DNA from: Thermoplasmata archaeon
GTDB taxonomy: Archaea; Thermoplasmatota; Thermoplasmata; Lutacidiplasmatales; UBA184
Direction of reading: 5' to 3'
Length of the DNA stretch: 64,000 nt
Assembly: GCA_035532555.1 (NCBI GenBank)
Contig: DATKQS010000024.1
Span: 11,225-75,224, forward strand
A program made the position numbers and the translations under genes. This document shows, piece by piece, positions 36,995 through 46,324 of the stretch; position 1 is the stretch's first letter; the number at the start of each line of letters is the position of its first letter. The notes beneath the pieces are model-generated. The model worked only from the letters and a program-made list of their open reading frames with translations, had not been told where the DNA came from and ran no database searches.

Positions 36995-37630
36995 CTATAG
37001 CTGCGGGATGATGGCGATGGCTCCGTTGAGCACAAACTGAATCGCGACCGCCGCGAGCAACAGGCCGAAGATCCGGGTCATCGCCATGACGCCCACCCGG
37101 CCGAGGCCGCGCAGGATGATCTGGCCGTACCGGAAGATTACGTACGTCGCGATCCCCACGATCACGATCGCGATGAAGGTCGCCGAGATGCCCAGAGCGT
37201 CGCTCGACGCGCTCGACTCATAGATCATCACGGTCGAGATCGCGCCGGGGCCGGCGAGGAGCGGGATCGCGATGGGGAAGACCGCGACCTCGTCCCGTGC
37301 CTGGGCCGCGTCCTCCCGATCGGCGTGCGTGAGCTTGGTCGGTCCAATCTCCCCCCGCAGCATGTCGTAGGCGATGATGAACAACAGGATCCCGCCGGCG
37401 ATCTCGAACGCTGGGAACCCGAACCCGTAGGCCGTGAACAGGAACCGACCGACCAGGGTGAAGGCGACCAAGATCCCCGTCATGATCAGGACGGCTCGGC
37501 GCAGGATCCGCTCTCGGTCCTCCGGGGAGAACTCGCTCGTCAGACCGACGAAGAACGGGAGCGTTCCGACCGGGTCCACGACGACGAACGTACTGGCGAC
37601 GACCGCCAGGAGGAAGCCGAGATCGTTCAT
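36995..37630 (-). CDS. MarC family membrane protein
   Basis: 'VDPVG', 'AGGILL', 'P.AIPLLAGPGAI', 'RIFGLLLAA.A.Q'. Confidence 0.92.
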   Translation of the reverse strand: MNDLGFLLAVVASTFVVVDPVGTLPFFVGLTSEFSPEDRERILRRAVLIMTGILVAFTLVGRFLFTAYGFGFPAFEIAGGILLFIIAYDMLRGEIGPTKLTHADREDAAQARDEVAVFPIAIPLLAGPGAISTVMIYESSASSDALGISATFIAIVIVGIATYVIFRYGQIILRGLGRVGVMAMTRIFGLLLAAVAIQFVLNGAIAIIPQL

Positions 37631-37712
37631 CGTGGACGCCTCCCTCGTTCAGAGGGTCGGTAGCCCTTCTTTAAGCGTTACTCTGCCGGCCGTGCGGCGG
37701 CAGGGCATGGGG

Positions 37713-38495
37713 CTAGCGGACACCCACCAGGACCCGGTTATCGAGATCCTGCCAGAGAACGCCGACCTCGCGGAAGCCCGCCGTGACCAGCGCGCGCCAG
37801 TGCAGATTCAATCCCGAGGCGGGGTCGTTGCCGTGCGCGTGCGGGTATCGACGCTCGTGCTCGGCCCACTCTTCCCCGAGGCCGGGCTCCTTCGAGACCT
37901 CCCGCCACCACTCTGACCACGGCCGAGCATCGGCCAGGGCACGGTCGCGAGCCCGGTGATGACGGATCTCCCCGGCGAGGCGAACGATCCGGCTCTTGCT
38001 CCCCGGGTCCGCAGGCAGACTATCCCCGTTGAGGAAGATCGCCCCCGGTCGAAGTCGTCGCGCAAGTCCCTTGTAGAACCGGCGAAGCTCGGGAGGCTTC
38101 AGCCAATGCAGCGCGGTCGTCGAGACGGCCGCGTCGAAGCGCCCGCGGGGCACCGATCGGTCCCAATCCGGAGCCCGCAGGTCCGCATCGACCCACGTCA
38201 ACCGATCGTGGACGGTTCCGAGCCCGTTCCGACCGATCGCGAGCAGGACGGGATCGTGGTCGATCGCGACGACCCGGGCGCCGGGGCAGCGTCGGAGGAC
38301 CCGTTCCGAGAGAGAGCCGGTGCCGCAGCCGATGTCCAGCGCGCGGAATCGGGACGGGAACGCGACCGACAGGATCTCGGTCATCGCCTCGAACCGCGCC
38401 TCGCGCTCGGGGATGTGCAGCGCCTGCATCTCGTCCCAGCTCTGCCGCAGGGCCTTCCAGTTCGGCGATCGGGTCCGAGTTCGCGTTCGTTCCAT
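37713..38495 (-). CDS. Class I SAM methyltransferase
   Basis: 'LDIGCGTG', 'DAAVSTTALHWL'. Confidence 0.88.
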   Translation of the reverse strand: MERTRTRTRSPNWKALRQSWDEMQALHIPEREARFEAMTEILSVAFPSRFRALDIGCGTGSLSERVLRRCPGARVVAIDHDPVLLAIGRNGLGTVHDRLTWVDADLRAPDWDRSVPRGRFDAAVSTTALHWLKPPELRRFYKGLARRLRPGAIFLNGDSLPADPGSKSRIVRLAGEIRHHRARDRALADARPWSEWWREVSKEPGLGEEWAEHERRYPHAHGNDPASGLNLHWRALVTAGFREVGVLWQDLDNRVLVGVR

Positions 38496-38569
38496 GGTGT
38501 CGGATGGACCGGCGAGGAGATACCCTTGACTCGGTGCGGCTTCCGCAGGTGGGAGGCCGGGCTCGAGGT

Positions 38570-39787
38570 CTACAGCCCGGGAAGCGCCACGACGGCGCCG
38601 AAGGGGACCCGCACGGGTTGTGGCATGACCCAGAGCACGGGGAACGGAGGAGCTCGCTCCGGGAACGTGCCCTGCCCATCCGTGAGGTACACCAACCCGG
38701 TCGGACGGATCGCGCCGGAGCGCGAGGCCCACTCGAACGCGGGGCGGAAATCCGTACCTCCGCGCCCGTGGAACTCGAGAGGGACGGGAACCCCGGGTCG
38801 GATCTCTCGCACGGATCGGACTGCGTCGTCCGCCTCGAGGACCACCAAGCGGCCGGATCCACCCACGAGATCCGCGATGCCTTGGACCTCGGAGAGGAAT
38901 GCGCGCGCGCTCGCCGGATCGATGGAACCGGAGGTGTCGATCGCGATCGCGAGGGTGCCCACGGACCGGGTCCGAGTGCCGGGGAGGATGAGCCCGACCG
39001 AAAGATAGCGTCGGTTCGGCGGGATCCACGAGTAGTCTTGTGCGTACGCACGCTGCAGGAAGCGGACCAGCTCCGATCGCCAGTAGAGCTGCGGGCGGCC
39101 GATCGATGCGAGGATCTCTTCGGCCGCCTCTCGGCCCTCCCCCGTGTAGGCCATCGACTGCGCCGCCTGGACGATCCGGTCGCGCCAGCGCTCCTGGAGA
39201 TCGCGGCCCGAGCTCGCTTCCCCGGACGGTTCCTGCCAGCACTCGGCGATGTCCGCTACGATCGCATCCTCCGGCGGGTTCTCCTCGGGCGGCGGCAGGA
39301 GGGCGTAGATCTCTTCGGTCGAGCGATCCCGTGCGAGATCGACCGGTGCCTTGAGCGGCAGGACCTCGCGATAGTCGTAGGCGCTCCGAAGGAACAGCGG
39401 GACGAGGGAGAGATCGCTCGCGCTCTGCCACTTGCGCGCGTCGCGCCCTTCGCCCCGCCACGGGTGCCCGAGAGCCCAATGCAGCAGCACGTGGAGGAAG
39501 TGGCCCTCGAGCCGCATCGGGGGCGCCGTTCGAACGAAATCGGGGCGGTAGTACAGGACCCGACCGTCGCACGCGATGCTGCGCACCGTCGTCGACTCCT
39601 TCCAGGGCATTCCGAGTGCGAGTACGCCGAGGAACGGGTTGCGCATGAGGAAGTGGAAGCGCGCGCCCTCCAGGATCCGCGCGGCTTCGAGATCGAGAGT
39701 CGACTCGAGGGGTGCGACGACCGGCGACTCCGGCCCACGAGATGGGCGCGCCGCGCGAGGGCCGGACCGCCGTCGCGCTCGGGCCAT
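38570..39787 (-). CDS. DUF2201 metallopeptidase-like plus VWA domain protein
   Basis: 'ACDG', 'H..LH.ALGH', MIDAS 'AIDTSGS', 'GRGGTDF', 'YLTDG'. Confidence 0.85.
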   Translation of the reverse strand: MARARRRSGPRAARPSRGPESPVVAPLESTLDLEAARILEGARFHFLMRNPFLGVLALGMPWKESTTVRSIACDGRVLYYRPDFVRTAPPMRLEGHFLHVLLHWALGHPWRGEGRDARKWQSASDLSLVPLFLRSAYDYREVLPLKAPVDLARDRSTEEIYALLPPPEENPPEDAIVADIAECWQEPSGEASSGRDLQERWRDRIVQAAQSMAYTGEGREAAEEILASIGRPQLYWRSELVRFLQRAYAQDYSWIPPNRRYLSVGLILPGTRTRSVGTLAIAIDTSGSIDPASARAFLSEVQGIADLVGGSGRLVVLEADDAVRSVREIRPGVPVPLEFHGRGGTDFRPAFEWASRSGAIRPTGLVYLTDGQGTFPERAPPFPVLWVMPQPVRVPFGAVVALPGL

Positions 39788-40848
39788 CAGCCCAGCGCCT
39801 CGACGTTCTGCGCCGCCCACGCGCGGAACGCCGGCAGCTGGGCGGCGGAGGGGTTCGCGCGCACCAGGTCCCGTATGAGCAGTACCTCGAGCTCGCGGAG
39901 ACCGTTCTTGCCGAGCGCTTGCGCGTATTCAATCATGCGCGGCACCCGGCCCTTCTCGCGCGCGTAGCGAGCCACGAGCCCGGTGACGACCGCGTAGCCC
40001 GTCGCAGGGTCCGGCGGGATCAGGTCGGCCCCGGCGATGATCTTCTCGAGACTCGGCCGCGCGTTGAGCGACTTGCGGAAGAGATCGAACTCGGTCGCGG
40101 GGCCCGCTCCGACGCATCCCTCGATCGCCGCTCGCATCTCCCGGTCTCCGAGATCGAGCGCGAGGACCCGGCTGACCATCTCCCAGGTGCGTGGGCAGGG
40201 GTACGCCTTCGAGCTCCCCGGTGACTGGGAGAGAAGCGTGGGCCGGAACTCCAGGAATGCGATGACGGACGGATCGATCCCGGCGCCGAACGCCCAGCTC
40301 TTCCAGCTCTCGAGGTCGGGGACGAGTTCGAGGTGTTCGAACCGGGAGAGCAGCGCGGAGGGCATCGCGTGAGCGATCGACTGGTCGCTCTCCCGGTTCC
40401 CGGCCGCGACCACGTACCAACCCGGAGGAAGGGAGTACTCCCCCACCTTGCGGTCGAGAACGAGCTGGTAGACGGATGCTTGTACGAGCGGAGGAGCCGC
40501 ATTGAGCTCGTCCAGGAACAGGATCCCCTTGCCGCCCGACGGCAGGAACTCCGGGGGCGCCCAGCGGACCTTCCCCCGATACGGCACCGGGAGCCCGCGA
40601 AGATCGACCGGATCCATCAGGAGCATCCTCAGATCGATGACCCGTAGGTTCCCGGCCTCCGCGATCTGGCGGACGATCGAACTCTTGCCGACGCCGGGGG
40701 GCCCCCAGATGAAGATCGGCGGCCACTTCGCCTCCAGATGCGCTTCGAGCACGCGACGCAGCTCCGGAGCCGTGACTCGACCCCCGTACTCTCCCGCGGA
40801 GAGCCCGGCCTCGTCGAGTGCGGTGGCGAGCGAACCCGGGTCGCTCAC
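39787..40848 (-). CDS. MoxR-like AAA+ ATPase
   Basis: 'WGPPGVGKS', 'LFLDE', 'AAGNR', 'ALLSRF', 'PRTWE'. Confidence 0.9.
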   Translation of the reverse strand: MSDPGSLATALDEAGLSAGEYGGRVTAPELRRVLEAHLEAKWPPIFIWGPPGVGKSSIVRQIAEAGNLRVIDLRMLLMDPVDLRGLPVPYRGKVRWAPPEFLPSGGKGILFLDELNAAPPLVQASVYQLVLDRKVGEYSLPPGWYVVAAGNRESDQSIAHAMPSALLSRFEHLELVPDLESWKSWAFGAGIDPSVIAFLEFRPTLLSQSPGSSKAYPCPRTWEMVSRVLALDLGDREMRAAIEGCVGAGPATEFDLFRKSLNARPSLEKIIAGADLIPPDPATGYAVVTGLVARYAREKGRVPRMIEYAQALGKNGLRELEVLLIRDLVRANPSAAQLPAFRAWAAQNVEALG

Positions 40849-41849
40849 GGATCCTCGGTGTCGCCGGCGCGCACGTTGGGGAGCTCTTCGGTCAACGCCA
40901 TCGTCACGAGCTCCGTAGAGAAAGCGCTTCGCAGGCGATCGCGTGCGCGGGCGCAGCGGGCCGCGAACGCGCTCCCCTCCGCGGCGAGCGCGGGCATCGC
41001 GTGGCCGACGTAGGTGCCGAGCGTGGCCGCGAGGCCGGTCGGGAGGTGCGCGTCATCCGCGTCGAGCTGGAAGTACAGACGGCTCGGAGACCCATCCCAC
41101 GACATATCCCCGAGGCGAGGGAAACGCAGGAATCGCAGTTCGACGCCGTCCTCGTATCGGATCGTTCGCCCGCGCAGGGCCGATTCGATCGGTCCCCTCG
41201 GGAGATCGTGCACAAGGGCCCGGAAGAGGCGGGCATCTTCCCCGCTCGGGACCTTCGCAGACCCTCCGGGAATGTCGATGTGCGGAGGAATGGGTTCGAT
41301 GAGGGCATCGAGCATCTTGGCGAACCCCGCCACCCCAGCCTCCCCTTGGCTGATCCCAACGGACTCCTCGTCGGGCACGATGGGAGACTCCTCGGCGAGA
41401 TCCGCGAGGAAGGGCTTGAGCTCCTCGAAGCGCCCGGCGATTCGTTGGCAGCAGCCGACCCACCGGGCGAGCCAGGCCGAGGGGGAGGCGGCAGTCGCGG
41501 CTGGATCGAGCGTGGAGGTGGGGACATCGGCGATGGCGGTGACCGAGGCCCACGGTGCATAGCGTCGGCCGACCTCGATCGCCTGTACTGCGAGGACCAA
41601 TTCTCGAAGCTCCGCGAAGAACCGCTCTGCGGTGTCGGTCTCGCCGGCTTTCTCTTCATAGAAGCTGATCAGCGCCGGCTTCGTCCAGGCGGATTCGCCT
41701 CCCTCCCCAGAGAGATGCGCGAGCCAACGGATCAGTCCGGGGCCGACCTCGAGCGAGCGGATCGCACGATCCGCTTCGATCCAAGCTCCGGCTCCTTCCG
41801 GTACCGATGGGCCGTGGGAAGTCGTCGCCTTCGAAGGGGGCTTGGGCAC
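40845..41849 (-). CDS. Hypothetical protein, first gene of the MoxR/VWA operon
   Basis: Long ORF with a GTGA overlap to MoxR. Confidence 0.65.
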   Translation of the reverse strand: MPKPPSKATTSHGPSVPEGAGAWIEADRAIRSLEVGPGLIRWLAHLSGEGGESAWTKPALISFYEEKAGETDTAERFFAELRELVLAVQAIEVGRRYAPWASVTAIADVPTSTLDPAATAASPSAWLARWVGCCQRIAGRFEELKPFLADLAEESPIVPDEESVGISQGEAGVAGFAKMLDALIEPIPPHIDIPGGSAKVPSGEDARLFRALVHDLPRGPIESALRGRTIRYEDGVELRFLRFPRLGDMSWDGSPSRLYFQLDADDAHLPTGLAATLGTYVGHAMPALAAEGSAFAARCARARDRLRSAFSTELVTMALTEELPNVRAGDTEDP

Positions 41850-41859
41850 GTCGACCTCC

Positions 41860-42516
41860 TCAGGCGGCGCGGACGGGCGCGGCTCCGGACGAGCCCTCGC
41901 GCAGGAACTTGATCCCCACCACGATCACCCAGAGGAGCGCCGGCGCGACGACCAGCCGCTCCCACCCGCCGTGACCGAGGAGCCAGGAGAGGTTGAGGCC
42001 GAACATGACGAGCGCGATCGCGGTCACGAAGAATCCCACGATCGACGGGATCGTCCACGCGTGCCAGTGGGAATCATCCCAGCCGGCGAGGCCCACGAAG
42101 AGTAGGGTGAACCCGGCCGCGATGAACGCGAGCGAGGCGGCGGATATGTGAATCGGATAGTTGAGGTGCTCGTTGAAGATCCCGACGCCGATCGCTCCAA
42201 TGCCGACGAGCGCGTAGGTGATGACCCCGAGGCGTCCGAACGCTCCGGGCGGCACTCCCCGGCGCATCGCCATCAGGCCAATCAGGACGAGCGCGCCGAG
42301 CGCGATCGCCGAGAGGTTGAGCATCCAATAGTACGGGAACGCCACGAGCGACGGGTCGCCGAGATTGCTGATCGTATTGTTCTGGAAGCTGTAGTTCTGG
42401 CCCTGCGCGATCAGGATGAGCGCCTCCGCGGTCGTCACGACGGCGAACTGGATGGGGCCGACAATCATCGCGATCGCCCCCGTGCGCTGGCCCTGGTCGA
42501 GGCGGCTCGTGCTCAT
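41860..42516 (-). CDS. DUF998 membrane protein
   Basis: 'YS...NTISNLG', 'GVGIF', 'H...A', 'G.WER'. Confidence 0.85.
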   Translation of the reverse strand: MSTSRLDQGQRTGAIAMIVGPIQFAVVTTAEALILIAQGQNYSFQNNTISNLGDPSLVAFPYYWMLNLSAIALGALVLIGLMAMRRGVPPGAFGRLGVITYALVGIGAIGVGIFNEHLNYPIHISAASLAFIAAGFTLLFVGLAGWDDSHWHAWTIPSIVGFFVTAIALVMFGLNLSWLLGHGGWERLVVAPALLWVIVVGIKFLREGSSGAAPVRAA

Positions 42517-42544
42517 GATCCGAGGCGTTCCGAGCCGACCACCA

Positions 42545-43291
42545 TCATAAGCTTCCCGGCGAGGAAGCCGTCGCAGGGGCAGGGGTTCGTCGTGGGCGGA
42601 CTGGGCGCTCCCGGTGGGTGAGCCCGCCGCTGTGCCAGGTCACGATGATGATCGTGTAGAATGCGTACCCGGCGTACGTCGGATTGTACTGGGCGATGCT
42701 CGCGGCCACCGAGAAGATGCCGGCAATCAGGAAGGAGGTCTGGGCGGTCCTCTCGAGGGAGAGCCGATCGGCCGTCGGGTGGGCGAGCTCGGGCTTGCCG
42801 CTGACGTGCAGCGCGATCAGGCCCATCGTCATTCCCGCCGCGCACTGGACCGCGGAATACAGCGCGACCGTGACCCCCGTGGACCCGTAGAGGCCGTTGA
42901 GGCCGGTCACGAACGGCGTCACCGCGATGAACATGAGGAACGCGATGTTCGTCCAGTTGAGAATGGCGTCGACGCCGCGAATGTGCCGGAAGATCCGGCG
43001 GTGGAGCGTCCACCACACGGCGATGACGAGGAATGCGACGACGTAGCTGATGAACAGGCTCGTCTCCGAACCAAGGAATCTGGAGATGGCCACGCCGGTG
43101 GGCAGGCCGGCGTAGGGTGGGGAGTTCAGGGCCACCGCCGAGGGAATCGACAGGTTGATGACGAGCAGGGTCATCGCGAACGCGAATACGCCGTCGCTCA
43201 AGGCGAGGAGGCGGCCGGTGTCCTCGGTGATCGCGACCGAGTCGGCGGTGCGGATAAAGTCCGGTACGAGCTCGTCCTTCTCCCGCCCCAC
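42545..43291 (-). CDS. TMEM175/DUF1211 family K+ channel-like protein
   Basis: 'RLLALSDGVFAFAMTLLV', 'WTLHRRIF'. Confidence 0.9.
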   Translation of the reverse strand: MGREKDELVPDFIRTADSVAITEDTGRLLALSDGVFAFAMTLLVINLSIPSAVALNSPPYAGLPTGVAISRFLGSETSLFISYVVAFLVIAVWWTLHRRIFRHIRGVDAILNWTNIAFLMFIAVTPFVTGLNGLYGSTGVTVALYSAVQCAAGMTMGLIALHVSGKPELAHPTADRLSLERTAQTSFLIAGIFSVAASIAQYNPTYAGYAFYTIIIVTWHSGGLTHRERPVRPRRTPAPATASSPGSL

Positions 43292-43404
43292 GAAATTCCG
43301 GGAGCGTCTGCCGGTACTTCAACCGCATGGCCCATGGCACGCGCGCCGGCGTGCTGAAGTCCTCCGGCAGAGCCATTAAATCGCCCGCCGGGCTCCGCCT
43401 GGGA

Positions 43405-43842
43405 ATGGTAGCAAAGCGCACGGCCCAGGCGGTTTGGGAAGGGGATCTGGCGAAGGGACACGGTCACGTCACCGGGACGAGCGGGGGACTTCCCGATGTC
43501 GCGGTGAGCTGGGCCTCGCGTACCGAAGCCTCCGGGGGAAAGACGAGCCCCGAAGAGCTCCTCGCGGCGGCGCATGCGGCCTGCTTTTCGATGGCGCTCT
43601 CCGCGGGTCTGGGGCGGATGCAGAAGCCTCCCCAGCGGCTCGAGGTAAGCGTCACCGTCACGTTCGACAAGGTCGGGGAAGCGTGGAAAGTGACGACGAG
43701 CGAGGTCACGGTCGTCGGCACGGTTCCCGGCATTTCCGCCGAGGAGTTCGAGAAGGCCGCTCAAGGTGCCGGACAGAACTGCCCGATCTCCGGAGCGCTG
43801 AAGGGCAACGTGGCCGTCACGGTCCACGCGAAGCTCGCCTAG
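43405..43842 (+). CDS. osmC: OsmC family peroxiredoxin
   Basis: 'AVWEG....G.G', 'PEELLAAAHAACFSMAL', 'NCPIS'. Confidence 0.92.
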   Translation: MVAKRTAQAVWEGDLAKGHGHVTGTSGGLPDVAVSWASRTEASGGKTSPEELLAAAHAACFSMALSAGLGRMQKPPQRLEVSVTVTFDKVGEAWKVTTSEVTVVGTVPGISAEEFEKAAQGAGQNCPISGALKGNVAVTVHAKLA

Positions 43843-43849
43843 ACTGCAA

Positions 43850-44500
43850 TCACGCCGGCTCGAGGTCGGCGAAGACGAACCCGTCGCGCTCCACGACCGC
43901 TCCCGGTCGCACGGCGACGGGGGCCCGGAACATCGGGCCGTCGGAGACGAACGTGTGGAACTCTCCGTTCTCTCCGCAGGGATCGACCCCGGCCGGCAGT
44001 TCGCACAGGAGGGTCTCGTCGAACGACCGCCCCGCGAACGTCCCGGGAAGCTTCCGGGAATCGACGGCGACGATCGTGGCGCGCATCCCACTCGCGATCA
44101 TCTCGTGGGCGAGGTCGCGGGTGGCGCGTCCCCATAGGGGGAAGACCGGTCGGATCCCGGTCCCGCGGAGCTTGTCCTCTCGATAGCTGCGGATATCCTC
44201 GAGGTAGAGATCCCCGAAGACGATCCGGCTCACCCCTTCCCCCCTCAGTCGCGCGATCATCGCTCCCATCCGTTCCTCGTAGATCGCGTTGGGGCACGGG
44301 AACGGGATCGATACCGGATAGAGCGGAAGCCCGGCCGCATCCGCTTGGCGTTCGAGCAGTTCCTCCCGCACCCCGTGCATCGATACCCGCGCGAACGTCT
44401 CCGTGATCGTCGTGAGCAAGCCGACGATCTCGAGTTCGCCCGCACGACGGGCCAGATGGAGCGAGTACGCGGAGTCCTTTCCGCTGCTCCAGGAGACCAC
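43850..44500 (-). CDS. Diphthamide-synthase-related PP-loop ATPase (MJ0570-like)
   Basis: 'SWSSGKDS', 'MHGVR', 'FGDL.L', 'DPCGENGEFHTFV'; the true start may lie upstream. Confidence 0.88.
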   Translation of the reverse strand: MVSWSSGKDSAYSLHLARRAGELEIVGLLTTITETFARVSMHGVREELLERQADAAGLPLYPVSIPFPCPNAIYEERMGAMIARLRGEGVSRIVFGDLYLEDIRSYREDKLRGTGIRPVFPLWGRATRDLAHEMIASGMRATIVAVDSRKLPGTFAGRSFDETLLCELPAGVDPCGENGEFHTFVSDGPMFRAPVAVRPGAVVERDGFVFADLEPA

Positions 44501-44574
44501 GGCCCGCGGGCGATCCTCCGATCGTCGCTCGACGCCGGTCGGGTCCGTCGCACGCGTCGTCGTGCCTCCTCCCC

Positions 44575-46260
44575 TCAGAAGTCCCCGAGACTGCGCTGGG
44601 CGTCCCGGCGGGCCGCCGAGGCGGCGCTCGCGGTGGTGGGTCGGGCCGGCGCGGCCGCCGCTCGCGGCACTTCCTCGTCCGGCGCCAGGAGCTCCTCGAC
44701 GGCGCGGCTCTCGGGCTCCACGTGCCGCAGGTAGGCGATCTCCTCTGGGGTCAGCTCGAGGTCCCGGACCAGAGAGCGTTGGGTGTTGCGGAGAGGGCTG
44801 CCGGTGGGTCCGCTCGACGCCGGCCGCAAGAAATCCTCCAAGAACGGAAGACCGACCTCACGCACCTTCTCCCGCGAAAGATGGAACGCTCCACCGTACT
44901 TGCCCGCGATCGATTCCCGCAAGGCCCGCGCGCCCCTCGAGCGGCCCATCTCCCCGAGGAACTCGGGAAAGTGAGCCGGTCCGGTCGAGGTGCCGGGGCG
45001 ATCGCGGACGCGGATGCCAACTCCGCCGGTCATCAGCTCGGAGGCGTAGCTCCACAGTCCGTAGTTCCTCCAGCGACGCGCGCGGTTCAGATACAGATCG
45101 GCGTGGGCGAGAGGGACGTAGGCCGCGGCGCGGTGGGCCGCGTCGACCGAGAACCGTGGTAGATTCTCCTCGATCCATGGAAAGAGATCTTCCGGCGTGG
45201 CATCCACCCGGTCCCGTACCTCGGTGCTTCGGTAGAATCGCGCTTGGGTCAGGGCCTCCTCGGTTACGAAGGCGAGATCGGAGCCAAGATCTCGGTTTCC
45301 GAGCGCGCTCATCTGCGCGGGCCCGGGAGGTAGGGGCGAGATCGCATCGACGTCGTTGAGCGCTGCGCGCAGATCGCCGTGCGCTCGGTGGACGATGCTT
45401 TCGATGGCCCGGCCTTCGATCGCGAGTCCTTCCCGGCGGGCGATGCGGGTGATGCAGGTACGCACGTCGACATCCGAGATCGGGTAGAAGCGGATGCGCG
45501 CGACCCCCGTTCGCAGGGCCGCGGAGTGCCGCGTCAATTCCCGTTCGTCATTGACGATCAGCAGGAGGGGCTGTCGGGTCGTTCGCACGAGCTCGGCGAT
45601 CGCACCGATTCCGCCTCGATCGGAAAGATCGATCTTGCGGGAGCTTCCTCGCCAGTCCGCGAGATCGCGTTGGGCCGGGGCGAGCGCCGTCCAGCGATGA
45701 TTGCCCGGGACGCGGGGGACCGCTTCCCAGCCTTCGAACGCGGGCGGGGCTCCGGCCCTTCCGAGCCCCCACGTGACGTTCAGGGCGTCGACGGTCCCGT
45801 ACCGCCCGCGGAGGTACTCCCGCCAGCCGATCGGAGCGGGCGCCTTGCGCGCTTGCTCGCCGAGCCGGCCAGTAAGGCAATCCGCCTCGTCGAGCACGAT
45901 CAAGGTCCGTTGGTGCACCGGGTCGAACGGTCCCTCCGATAGAGTGCGGAGCCCGGCGGCCCGGCCCGCGACCTTCTGGATGGCATCGGCGTTGCGGGCG
46001 TCGGAGGCGTTCATCTCCACGACGCCCCACCGTAGATCTGCGGCGAGCGCGAGCGCCGCCGACGTCTTTCCCACTCCGGGAGGCCCGGACAGGATGGCGG
46101 CCCGGCGCGTGGGAGGCGGCCCGGGCCGGGTCCAGCCCTCGGCCCAGTTCCGCAGCTCGGCGCGGGCCCGGGGGTTGCCTGCAAGATCGTCGAGCCGGAT
46201 CGGTCGCATCCGCTCTGACAGAGGCAGACGTGCGGACGCGGACCGGCCGGGTTCGACCAT
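44575..46260 (-). CDS. rfcL: Replication factor C large subunit (with an ~81-aa insertion)
   Basis: 'ERMRP..L.D', 'GPPGVGKT', 'EMNASDARN', 'LDEAD', 'DRGG', 'GDLRAALND', 'WIEEN', C-terminal PIP box 'QRSLGDF'. Confidence 0.92.
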   Translation of the reverse strand: MVEPGRSASARLPLSERMRPIRLDDLAGNPRARAELRNWAEGWTRPGPPPTRRAAILSGPPGVGKTSAALALAADLRWGVVEMNASDARNADAIQKVAGRAAGLRTLSEGPFDPVHQRTLIVLDEADCLTGRLGEQARKAPAPIGWREYLRGRYGTVDALNVTWGLGRAGAPPAFEGWEAVPRVPGNHRWTALAPAQRDLADWRGSSRKIDLSDRGGIGAIAELVRTTRQPLLLIVNDERELTRHSAALRTGVARIRFYPISDVDVRTCITRIARREGLAIEGRAIESIVHRAHGDLRAALNDVDAISPLPPGPAQMSALGNRDLGSDLAFVTEEALTQARFYRSTEVRDRVDATPEDLFPWIEENLPRFSVDAAHRAAAYVPLAHADLYLNRARRWRNYGLWSYASELMTGGVGIRVRDRPGTSTGPAHFPEFLGEMGRSRGARALRESIAGKYGGAFHLSREKVREVGLPFLEDFLRPASSGPTGSPLRNTQRSLVRDLELTPEEIAYLRHVEPESRAVEELLAPDEEVPRAAAAPARPTTASAASAARRDAQRSLGDF

Positions 46261-46324
46261 CGGGCAGGTAGTTCTCGCGGCGCTTAATAGGGCCGGGCGG
46301 GCTCCAAGCTCCGGGCCCTTCCGC

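Noticed and set aside
45625..45867. Intein in RFC large subunit
   Set aside because: Too short, and lacks the N-terminal Cys/Ser and C-terminal His-Asn splice motifs
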